Below, one piece after another: positions 35,464 through 47,199 of a stretch of DNA of 64,000 bases (position 1 is its first letter; each line of letters starts with the position of its first letter). The position numbers and the translations under genes are program-made. Below the pieces are notes generated by a model. The model saw nothing but the letters and a program-made list of their open reading frames with translations, made no database searches and was not told the DNA's origin. Source of the stretch: Lytechinus pictus (Eukaryota). The stretch is taken from positions 28,646,001 through 28,710,000 of the forward strand of contig NC_087245.1 in the NCBI RefSeq assembly GCF_037042905.1, read 5' to 3'.

Positions 35464-37041
35464 CATGGGTATCGATCCCGGGGTTGGGGATATATCCCCC
35501 AATATTTCAGGTAGGGGGGATGGCCTGTGCAATCACCCCCCCCCCCATTAATTTGAGGTCCAACATTCTGATACTTTTAGGGATGAATCATATGACAAAA
35601 TTTATTAATTATAATCATAATGATTGTTATTATCATTATTACTTTAATTATTATTATTATTATAATTATTATTATTATTATTATCATAATCATAACATCA
35701 ATAACAATTATGACGATTATCATAATGATGTTAGCGATGGTTATCTTATTTACGCATAATGAACATTTATATTGTTTTGCTCATAATTTTCTTACGTTTA
35801 TTACTGTTGAATGAAACAATTTCTTTCGGAAACTGTTACAAACAGATGGATGGAAAAAGAAAAAAAATCCAGGATGAAATAAAATAACATGTTTATGAAC
35901 ATGTTCATGATTATGCTTTTATACTTGACATTCTATATTAAAATTTGCTCCTTCCCGCAACCAATCGCATGTGGTGTGCCTCCTTTTTCCACCATCATTT
36001 GTAATATAACTTCATTTTTGTTAGTTCAAGTTAAATAAGAGAAGAAAATTACAAATGAAATGAGAATTGAAATCTAAAAGAGAGTGTAAAAGAGATATAT
36101 TCATGAAAACCGATAAGAGCCCTATTAAACGGTCTATTTTCAGGTCAATTTTTCAAAAATTCAGCTCGCGCATCGCGCTCGCATTATTTACATAGTCCTT
36201 ATAAGTACCTAGTCTTGTATAAATAAAGCTAACATTATGTAAGATAAGTGAAGAAAATACAAAATAAATGAGAATTGAATTTTTATAAAGTGTATAGAGG
36301 GCATTTAACCATGAAAACCGATAAGAGTCCTGAAAATAACTCACTTTCAGGTCAATTTCTTTCAAAAATTTGAGCTTGCATTATTTATATATTCCTTATA
36401 AGTATCTAGTCTTGTAGAAATAAAGCTAACAGCTAGCTAAAATGTAAGATAAGTGAAGAAAATACACAAGAAATGAGAATTGAAATTTTAAAGAGTGTAT
36501 AAAAGGGATATAACAATGAAAACCGATAAGAGTCCTGAAAATGACTCCTTTTCAGGTCAATTTCTTTCAAAAATTTCAGCTCGCGCTTCGCGCTCGCATT
36601 ATTGGTACAAGATTTTAGTCTTGAGGAAATAAAGTTAAACATTATACTAAAAACTTCGGTCTTATAGGAACTACCTCCCCCCTACACTAACTGCTTACAG
36701 ACGTGGGGTTCCAGGGACCTCTACGAAAGTTTCACGACAAAGAAAGGGGAAAAAGAAATGAAAGGGAAAAGGGTGAAATAAGATATATATCTTAAAATAT
36801 CATGTCAAAATCTGTCGCAAAAATAGTTTTTTTTATTAAAATGGTCATTTGTTTTGCTTGCTCGCATCTTTTTGAAATTATACAGTTTGTCTTTTCATGT
36901 CTGGCCCCCTAAAATTTTTAGACCCGTAATGCCACTGACCCCCCCCCCCCCACCTTCAAACTAAATGAAAAAAAAATCCCTCAAAGAGAACAATATTTGT
37001 GTCAGTCATCCGCCAACCACGAACACAAATCGACACCCATG
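35464..37041. mobile_element. hAT-like non-autonomous element, perfect 8-bp TSD
   Basis: CTTCTGAT at 35456-35463 and 37042-37049. TIR CATGGGTATCGAT / ATCGACACCCATG. Internal ~200-bp tandem units (36030-36640) and an (ATT)n tract. Confidence 0.85.
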
Positions 37042-37339
37042 CTTCTGATGTACTTACTGCTTGTATTCTTAACTCAATATACTTAACGGAACATATTTTG
37101 ATTTCCCAAATGATTTTTAGCATCTTTAGCTATCGTGGAAAAAAGATGAGATTTCGTTTACAAAAACATTATATTAAATTCTTATAAGGCCTACTATATA
37201 ACCAGCATTTTAAGAGCAACATTCTTATATGAGGATCACCGTGGAAAGTGAATTGAGGTTTATTAAACTTCTGTAACTCTCTCACATTGATACACGTTTT
37301 TTTATAGCACTTTTGGAATATTTTTTTTTTCGTATATCT

Positions 37340-38277
37340 TCCCTTTTCATTACAAGAAGGTATATGCAATATGATCTTTTGACCCCTAGATGATCTTTGA
37401 CCTTATCATCCTCATGGACACACATGCAGAGATGCATACTTGACATCAGACAGTGGATGACTGTAAACAAATTAAAGCTGAACGACACAAAAACTTATTT
37501 TTTCTTATATATAGCTACCTCCCCACACAATTTGAAGAAATTGCCTGATATTCAACTTGAAATTGGTAATCTTCGTATTATTCCTTCAGAAAAAAATAAG
37601 AACCTAGGAGTATATTTTGATAAACATATGACTATGAATGATCATATTTCCACTGTTTGATGTACTGTCACATATCATTTGAGGAACATAACTAGAATTA
37701 GTAGGTTTATTGATCAGTCAACTGCTAACCAATACGTTCCCTTATCCTTTCTCGTCTTGATTTATGTAATGGTCTTCTTTCTTCAATACCAGTGGCTCAC
37801 ATCAATCGTCTCCAGCACCTCCAGAATTGGGCTGCCCGTCTTATTTTTGAAGTCCGCCGTGACACACCTCCTGTAACCCTGTTACATAATTTACACTGGC
37901 TCCCTATTAGACAACGGATTATTTTTAAGTTACTTATTTTTGTATACAAATCACTTTCTAAACTATCCCCAAAATACTTGTCTGAAGCACTATATAAATC
38001 CTCTGAAGACCCACTTAAATTAACATATCTAACTAAAAGAAAACAGACCGGAGATAGAACATTCACCGTTGCATCCTCAATGGAATGGAACAAACTCCCT
38101 CTCACAATAAGACAATCCCCAACAATTGAGTCCCTTTACCCCCTAAAACTCCTTTGTTCTACGCAACTTATTGATTTTCTTTTTGTATAAATAAGTTAAC
38201 TGAAATTGTGAGCGCTTTGGGCCATGTGGGAAAAGCGATTTATAAATGTTGAGTATTATTATTATCATTATTATTAT
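37340..38277 (+). pseudogene. Degenerate L2/CR1-group LINE 3' remnant (RT C-terminus)
   Basis: Frameshifted fragments WMTVNKLKLNDTKT, KNLGVYFDKHMTM, RLQHLQNWAARLIF, LHWLPIRQRIIFK and GDRTFTVASSMEWNKLP. L2-type 3' end (gagcgctttggg...aagcgatttataaatg) followed by an (ATT)n tail. Confidence 0.85.
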
Positions 38278-40746
38278 GTAGTATTATCCATGGATCATTT
38301 TGTACCAAGTGTAAGCACAGTTGACGCAGAAATAAAGAAATAAGAGCAAGTTTAATAAAAACTTGCAAACATGATAGACATGACCATGATTAACAATATA
38401 ATAAATGCAACATCCTTTGGAAAATATGCACTTGTAAATGCCTCTGATTATGCTGGAACATTGGGTGATTTCAAGTTCCGTGTTGACCTTTTGGTGTTGG
38501 TGTTAAGTCATTTTTTACACGAGTATTATCACCAAACATAAAATGAAGATGGTCCTGAAAAATCACTCACTAGTTGTTGACATGGTTGAGGTGTCAATAA
38601 TGTTATCTGGATCAGTATTACAAACTCAGAATAAGTTTTGGAGCTGGGAGAAGCAAACCAACGCCAACGCCGGACTTGAAATCGCCCACTTTATGTAACG
38701 TTGCTTATTTATGACCAAAACAAGCCACGATGAATAAGCCGCCGGAATGCTCTATAAAATTTCATTTCATTTTTCTCAATTTAAATCAATATTGTTTTTT
38801 ATTTCTGTAATAGGTCTACATTATCGCATTGTATTTTTAGCATTAATTTAATTTTGTATACTAATTAAAAAAAATCATCTCTCACTATTGATTTTTATTA
38901 ATTGGTATCATTATAATTATGATTAATGCAATTTTAATATTTTTTTCTTCGAACTTGAAAATGCAGAGGACGATGCAAAAGAATAAGCATTACCTTATAG
39001 AACACTATACTATATATACATTTTGTAAGTCAAGACACATAGCATTTATGAAAACCATTATGGCTTAGAGTCAAAGGAAGGATGAGTACTAAAAAATAAG
39101 TAATACAAAATTATTTGTCTATCTCAATAGAATGTATCATTATACATTGCTATGGTGTTATTATTCAGCTTGATTAAATTCAGTGAAAAAAAAATTTAAT
39201 TGTCGTTATTCAAAATTGAATCTTTATTCGGCACGTCTTAAAAGTGCTAGAGGGGGAAGGGGGTAGGCCTATGCAATGGAACGACGCGACCGAGCTTCAT
39301 GATTTGCACCATATACATTTTCATTCATAAAATTTACGGATTTGGTGACCAGTTTTACGTGATATTGAGTCAAAATTCAGTAAAAAAAGTTTTTTCTGGG
39401 GTGAGGGGGCAACTTCCCAGCCCGACACTCGGTATACTGTCGTGGATGTGACCCAACAAGCTTGCACAAAATATGGTCTTATCCCACATGCATACCCATT
39501 TTTCATTAATATTGGTAAATGATCTTGTCACCCTCCACTCACGCACAAATAGGTGTGCACTTTTCTGAGGCAACAGCCCCTCCTACTTCCAGAGGCTATA
39601 TGCTGAAGACTACATGACTTTGGTCTTTTCACAAGTGTATTTTGTTCAGAAGTAAAGGCCACTGTTATGTTAAATATCAATGTAAAACCTCGGTTGAGAA
39701 AGTTATGTAAATCATGTCTTCTTTCTTTCAAAGTTCTATACCGTGTTGACGGGTCAAGTTTCATCGGTTAAAATAATTCTTGCTCGCTCAACTCCCTTGC
39801 AGGCAGTTAAACCACTAACTTGGAGGTATAGGCCTATAATAGGCCCTACCCTTATTCACCTCCGGGATCGGCACTATAGGATGGGCCGCATGGGGGCCAT
39901 GCAGGGGCGTAATCCCGGGGCGATGGGGGAATACATCCCGCACTTTTCGGTGAGGGGGGAGGGGTGTGGCATGTACAATCATCCCCCACTCTTTTTCAAG
40001 ATTTTTTTTTAATCATCAAATGATTAATATTATACTAATAATGTGTGGATTCATCGTTAAATGCAGTCAAAGTGCTGAAATTGGCCTAATTTTGCATTCT
40101 AAAAATACAAAATTTATCGAGCGGTCGCTCCACTCCCGTGCCCGCTCTCAACATATTCTAATAACAATTATTTGGTCGTCCCTACATTTGGATTATTGCG
40201 ATGGTTATATCCACAGACTGCATCATGGGAGTTTAGTTATAACAAATCCATTTATGAATATGTGATTCCAATTACTTTCAGATAACTTTTGTCATAAACA
40301 AATTAAAACATCCTTTAAATACACTTTCTATTGTAATGACAGCTTACCTGAGATGAAGGGGGGGGGGGGGATGGGGGTGTCTGTCCTGAGATAGGGGGTT
40401 AAAGAGGAGACAGAAAAGGAACTAAAAGTTAAATATCATATCTACAGAATAGGGTCTACTTTGCTTATTTCCCTGGCCTCTTGGATCATGATAACTTTTA
40501 TCAGGGGCATTTGTTTTTTCTAAAGTTTGGTCGCTTTTGATTCATAATTCCTGTCAGTAATGGAGATAAGTTAGTGCAGTCAGAAAAAGGGCCCATCTTC
40601 AATTTCCCCCAGGTCCTACCAGGGGCCGCGGAAACGAAAGGGGGGGGGGGGGGCTGTAGGCTTCAGCCCCTACTTTTTTTTTTCCAAAACCGTGTACAAA
40701 AACGAACAAATTACCAGCTGATTGTGATTTGTTTGCATGGCCGGCC

Positions 40747-41783
40747 ACCTGTAAAAAGTACCATGGATTTACTTTGGTATGACCATGGTAAATTCATTAT
40801 AGTACGACCATATTACTACCACAGAAGTACCGTACGGAATAGGAAAGTACTATTTGAAATACATAATGTACCACACGAATGTACCATAACATTATATAGA
40901 TGTTACGGTATTACAATAAAATTACAATATTTGTTATATGGTTGATGTTAATATAACTGAACAGAGTGTCATCCTCACACCTGATACTTTCATGGTATAC
41001 TCCATAGTACATTCATGGTTCTCTGTGATCTCTTGGACACTTCCATTGCACTTTTCGTGGTAGATTCATAGTTCTCTATGGTACTTTTATGGTAGTTTAT
41101 GGTTCTTGTTTGACTGTCATATGGTACTGCTACCGTAATCCATTGTAAAAAAAAAGTACCATATAAGTACCATGGTATTACTATGGTATTACCATGGTAC
41201 GTGTTTATGTGTTTAATGCAATGATTCCACCACGAAAAATTTCAGAAAAAAATGTGGTTTATATATATTATTCATAATCATGTCATTTAACTTTGAGAGA
41301 ATGTTTTAGGGTTAAATATGGAAAATGATAATTTGTCAACTCGTCGATCAATTAATATATAGAAGTCAATGACAGGTCTCTGTGGATAGGTGTAGGATAG
41401 GATTAGGAGTTAGGATTATGTAGGATGTTAGGATAGGATAAGATGATGTGGCATGTGCTTCAATGACCTTGACACTAATTATCTTTTTAATGAACCCACA
41501 TGGGGCCCATATGGGACCCACGTGGAACACTCATGGCCAATTCGCCCACCGGCTCAGATAATGAAAGAATATATGGTGCTCATGACTCATGACATGTAAG
41601 TACCATGGTAATGAATGGTACAACCATATGGCATTTTACCATGGATTTACCATATGGTATGAAATAATGTATAGGGCCTATATTCATCTGTCAATTACTT
41701 TTACAATGGTAATACCATATAGTATTACTATTACTATCACTCAAAGTACTATCGTAAAACCATTGTACTTTTTTTGATAAGGG
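40747..41783. mobile_element. Degenerate TIR element with multiple TACCATGGTA subterminal repeats (EnSpm/CACTA-like)
   Basis: AAAAAGTACCATGGATTTAC mirrored by GTAAAACCATTGTACTTTTT near 41755-41775. Many ACCATGGT motifs. It appears inserted into a smaller GC-ended MITE (~40620-41825). Confidence 0.5.
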
Positions 41784-41902
41784 CCTTCCCCCCTCCCCCA
41801 ACTTTCAAACCTTTCGTTTCCCCGGTAATAACAGCCCGGTCATAACTTTTTAATATTTTAGATAAATACTCACTCCCTCCTATCACGAAATTTGGCAACA
41901 GG

Positions 41903-44265
41903 CAGGGGCGGAAATCTCTCCCAAAAGGTAGGGGGACACAGGGGCGGATCCAGCCTTCGCCAATAGGGGGGGGGGGGGCGGTAATTTGTTTCAGCCATAT
42001 TTTCCCCGATTGGCAGCTCGAAGATGATTTTTGTTTGTTTCTTTGAAGGGGTAGTCCTCATTAGTCACTTCTTAGCTTTATTCTTATAAATAAATATATA
42101 ATATCATAATCCTTATTTATATGATGCGAGCGCGAATCGCGAGCTAATTTTTTTTTGAAATTTTATGTATTTTTTCCTAAAATTTGAACTGATTCTGGGC
42201 AATGTTTGTTATCCTGAAAAAGATGTGTATGCAACTTAATAATTACTACAAACGCAAAGCGCGAGCAGAAATGAACTGATGGAAAAGATACCTGTTAAAA
42301 TAGCATTTAACAATCAAATAATGCGAGCGCGAAGCGCGAGCTGGATTTTTTTGGACATGCTCACCTAAACAATGAAAATTCTAAGCACTTTTTGTAACTC
42401 AAGCAGAATATATATAAGTAAACAATTAATGCGAGCGCGAAGCGCGAGCTGAAAATTTCGAGATTTAGTCCTATGATATTTACTGAACGAGACACTCTAT
42501 TCATGTTTTGTATATCCTGAAAAGGGTGAGTATTAATAATGCGAGTGCGAAGCGCGAGCTAATTTTTTTTGGACATGTTCACCTAAAGAATGGAAATTCT
42601 AAGCACTTTTTGTAACTCAAGCAGAATAGGTATATAAGTAAACAATTAATGCGAGCGCGAAGCGCGAGCAGAAAATTTCGAGATTTAGTCCTATAATATT
42701 TACTAAACGAGACACTCTATTCATGTTTTGTAAATCCTGAAAAGGGTGAGTATTAATAATGCGAGCGCAAAGCGCGAGCAGAAAATTTTTATATACGTTT
42801 TGAACTGGTACCTGTTGAAAAGGTTCCTGTTAAGGACTGCTTGCACTTAGCCATGAAGGCGTAACATATTTCAACGATCAAAAAATGCGAGTGCGTGGCG
42901 CGAGATGAAATTTTTGATAAACTGTCATGAAAAGGGGATTTTAAGTAGTTTGTTGTATAATCTATATTGAAATATTTATATAACTCGCCAATCAAAATGC
43001 GAGCGTGCATCGCGCTAGCTGATACGTCTTGGAAAATTTTAATCAGTTTTTGAAATCGTGAACAGGATAGCTATATAATTCAACGATTGATGCTAGCGCG
43101 AAGCGCGAGCAGAATTTTTTTTCGAGATCTAGACCTAAAAATGGGCCACTCTGTTCATGTTTTGTAAATCATCAAAAGGATGAGTAATATGGGGTCTTCC
43201 TACATTAATAATGCGATCACAAAGCGCGAGCAGAAAAAATTGATATTGTGATCTGAAACTGGATAATGATTTATATAACGGCTTAATTTAAATTAGAGAA
43301 CAAGTTGAGTATCTGAATAAACATGCGCGAGCGTGTTTCATATTTAGACCTAGAATCTAGGCATTCTAAATATAACTTTAATCATGAAAATCATGAAACT
43401 TTGATATTCCGATCTGAAAAAAGAGTCAATTTCAGTTTAATATTTCAAGCACTTTGAAGAAAAATTGTAAGGTGGATATGGATCGCACTTAAAAAGAGCT
43501 GGTATTATTATTGCTTTGAGTTTTGACATAGGACCGGGACATCCTTACGACATGTCATCATATGAAAATGATGACTATATTCCTATTCCTCTTGCTAAGC
43601 GCGAGATGAAACAAAAGGTACAATTCAGTTATTAAATTAATATCACATTTATTAATGCCTAATGAGGGCGCGAAATCTGATGATATAATGGCATAAAAAC
43701 TGGACATTTCACTTTTGTGATTATGAATAAGAGGCATCAGTTAATATATTTTTAACCATTAATGCGAGCGCAAATCGCGAGCTAAATTTTTTGATAAACT
43801 GTCATGAAAAGGGGATTTTAAGTAGTTTTTTGTATAATCTATATTGAAACATTTATATAACTCACCAATCAAAATGCGAGCGTGCAGCGCGCTAGCTGAT
43901 ACGTCTTGGCAATCAGACCTGAAAAGGGATATTTTGAAAACTTTATGGAATACACGAAAAATAATAGGTACCTGATAAATCAAAATTTGCGAGCGCAGCG
44001 CAAGTTCAGACCATAAAACTGACATTTTTACAGAGCACTTTTTAAAGACCTAAATTTGACAAGCAAAAAAAAAAGGTTATCATCGCCAAAGTAAGGTCAT
44101 CTCGTCCCAAAATACATGTTTTATTAATTTCGATTTATAATGATGTATTTCTTACCATCATAAAAGACCAAAAATAGTAGGGGGGACATTTGATATTGTG
44201 TCCCCTCTACTATTTTGAGTAGGGGGGACACGTCCCCCCTGTCCCCCCTGGGATTTCCGCCCATG
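41903..44265. mobile_element. 2.36-kb hAT-like non-autonomous element with tandem GCGAGCGCGAAGCGCGAGC repeats
   Basis: TSD GCAACAGG at 41895-41902 and 44266-44273. TIR CAGGGGCGGAAATC / GATTTCCGCCCATG. Internal duplications (~42320-42535 / ~42537-42770; ~42885-43030 / ~43762-43908). Confidence 0.88.
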
Positions 44266-44375
44266 GCAACAGGGCAAGAAAACATTACAGTAACCCCCCC
44301 CCCCGCATCGCCCAACGATCAAACGATGGACCTTTGCGATGGACCCTCTCCCCTCCCCATTTAGCGTGGTCACCG

Positions 44376-44403
44376 GTCACCTGACTAAAACTCGTCACAT
44401 GAT
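44376..44403 (+). promoter_or_regulatory. Two CLEAR-like E-boxes in the putative promoter of the GLUT8-like gene
   Basis: GTCACCTGAC (44376-44385) and GTCACATGAT (44394-44403) in a CpG-richer region, followed by a candidate donor AG|GTAAAC at ~44464. Confidence 0.45.
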
Positions 44404-47092
44404 CACGGAGCTCGAGGGAGGATCATCGGTTTTTTTTTTTTCTCAAGGTTGCGAATGTGATTAGGTAAACAGGTAATGTATTTTCTCTTTATTTCTTTTA
44501 ATTTCGAGAAAAATTCACTATGATTTTTAGACTTTGTTCTTGAATGTCAACATTCTTTGAGTTTAAGTTCCCCCACCATCATGACCATCCTGGATATATC
44601 ACAAATTAATGATAAACAAACACTGAAACAAACAGTCGTTTGTTAGTCGTGAAGTCGACAGGCAGTGATTTGCATTGTCACACTGAACTGGCCGGCGAGC
44701 TGCGTTGCCGGAGTGGAGCAGCCAGCGCGAGGCTAGTCTAGGCCACCCAAGGGTTCATTACATGCCGCCGCGCACAGAAAATTCAAGCCATAGAAGTCGT
44801 GTGTTGTGGACCCAAGAAGTGAGTATACTAATACTTAGACAGCTGGCAGCCGTCTGTTTCGAGGAGTTTTTTAACATTTTTTTATTTTTATTCTCCTCGT
44901 ACACAGACGGCTCGCTAGCGTGCAGCCACCATTAGGGGACTTGCAATGCGAAATCCCCCCGTCGGGGCTCTTCAATTTTTGTCTTTAATGAATAAAAATT
45001 TTGAAAAATTAACGCGACCAAAATGCAAATTAATATTCCCTCTTGGCATTAATTGCCCAAAAACGGAGAAAAATCAAGTTAAAAGGAACAAAAACAGTGA
45101 CTTACCTCGGCTGTCGCGCAAATTCACTTCCCCGTTTTATCCGATCTTAAGTACATAAACATATGGCCATTGAGTCCCCTGTACAGATCGCGCTAGAACT
45201 TCGGTCTCTGTATTTGGTGAGTGAAGCCAACGGAGTTCAGCTGAACAACCAACATAACAGAGACCGAAGCTTTTGGTCTAACTAATACTAACCTCGCAAT
45301 ACGTGTGAGTGGTCTAGGCCAGGGCCAGGCGCATTTGAAATTGAAGACTGATACTAATATTATTATTACTACTAGTTTTGATAGAAAAAATCATAGAAGC
45401 TTCTACGTTCTACCTGAGGCCTGCCTAAGGCCATACTCGATCGCTCAAGGGTTCATTACATTTTTTTACATGCCGCCGTGCACAGAAAAATCAAGTCATC
45501 GTGTGTTGTGGACACCAGCAGAAGTGGGGTCGCAGCACGCGTAGCCTGGTCCCTGGAGGCTTCTGGCATCTGGGGAGTAAAAGTCATCTACTATACGTAG
45601 GCTTACTCCCGCATGAAGCCTGGGCCGGGGGATCATTCCTCTCTGTAGAGCCTAGAGGCTAGGATTTCCCACGGTTACAGTAGGCCTAGATCTAAATCAC
45701 AGATTGTATAAATCGTTTTGAGCCCAAACTAACGTAAATGGGCCAAAACAATATTTCCCCCCGAATTTGATATTTTTGATTAATTTTTTTCTCAATAAAT
45801 AGTATGAAATTTAAAGAAATTTAAGAGCACGAGAGTTCACTTACCCTGTCTGTTATGGTCGCCATCTTGAAGTCTTTGTTATCGATACCTAGATAGAATC
45901 TAGATACCACACGCGTGTATAGCCGCCAACTTAGATTTAAAAAATACTTGCATTGGCCGAAAATATTATAAATCGTCAAATACTTGCATCGGTCGATAAA
46001 TATCATTGGTTTATGTGTGAGGCACAGCCTGTGTTTGGTTTAGTGTTAATGTCTATACTTGACTATCATGACTATGAGTCAAAACTCAGTCATTCTGGGA
46101 CAGTATTCTGAAAATGGAGCATTCTTATATAAAGATATTCATCATATCTATGTTAAGTTCTCAAATTGGTATTCTGAAAACATTCTTATAATAAGTGCGA
46201 TAAAAATTAGGACTATAACTATTATGCTTGAATGAGATATGTGTATGACATTTCACAATATTCATGATAATGTTTACAATAGCTAGAGGATTTTCACATC
46301 TCATGATGGCCACATTTTTTGGGGGTTAAAAATCAATGGCCACTGTAACAAGGAGACTATGGTAATAGGTCTTCCTTTCATTCTTACTATGATTCACCTG
46401 TTATTTTGGTTTGTCTACTTTGAAGTACTTTCCCTGTATCCTTTCCTTTCATTAATTTTTCTTTCTCTTTTTATTTCTTTTTAAAAATCTTTCTTTTCTT
46501 TCTCTTTGTTTCTTTCTGTATTTTTCTTTCTTTCTCACTTTTCCTTCGCTTTATTCCACCTTTCTTTAGTTATTTATTTATTTACTTACTTTCTTATATT
46601 AGACCTACTTTCTTTCTTTATTTTGCACAATATGCCAGAAACCAGTGTACGCGCAGAGCGTGTGATTTTCTGTTGACATACATATAAGGAGTGATTCTAT
46701 TGGTTAAACCATTGACCTACTACACATGTTAAGTAGGTCCATGGTTAAACTGCCAATAGAAAGTCATTTTGATTGGCAATATCTAGAAAAGGGTGTGTTG
46801 AAGATTAGAAAGGGGCAGTCCTTACAGAGATAAGATTGTGTTAAGATTTTCAGATTACTGATTTAAATGATTTTAGCATCTCAGTGAGAAATGATAAAGG
46901 ATGAGAATGGAGATACAAATGTTTTCTTTTCATATAGTCATCCTTTACTCCTATTGTCTAAGTTGCACCTCACCTTGTTTGCAATATATATATAAAGGCT
47001 AGACTTCAACCATTTCAAGGAAGAAATACAATTTTCTTAAGAGGACCTGGTGTCTTTATTCCCCATGCAGATTCTGAACAGTCAGCGATTAG

Positions 47093-47199
47093 ATGCAGGA
47101 AGGACAATCGGAGAACATGGACAGCAGAGAAGTGCCTCATGTTCAGATAAAGGACACAGAAAGTCTCCCGCCCCGTGATGAAAATGTATCGCTCATTGG
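47093..47199 (+). CDS. SLC2A8: Sugar transporter coding exon 1 (acceptor at 47070; alternative in-frame ATG 47117)
   Basis: [36 protein letters not shown]. The phase-2 donor joins 51169 in frame. Confidence 0.72.

Noticed and set aside
39321..39780. Overlapping short ORFs with coding-like composition
   Set aside because: There is no recognisable motif or consistent splice structure, so I cannot support a call without a homology search.
42120..43240. Spaced GCGAGCGCGAAGCGCGAGC palindromes as CRISPR/REP-like repeats
   Set aside because: They lie inside a TIR/TSD-bounded transposon and the spacers are duplicated.
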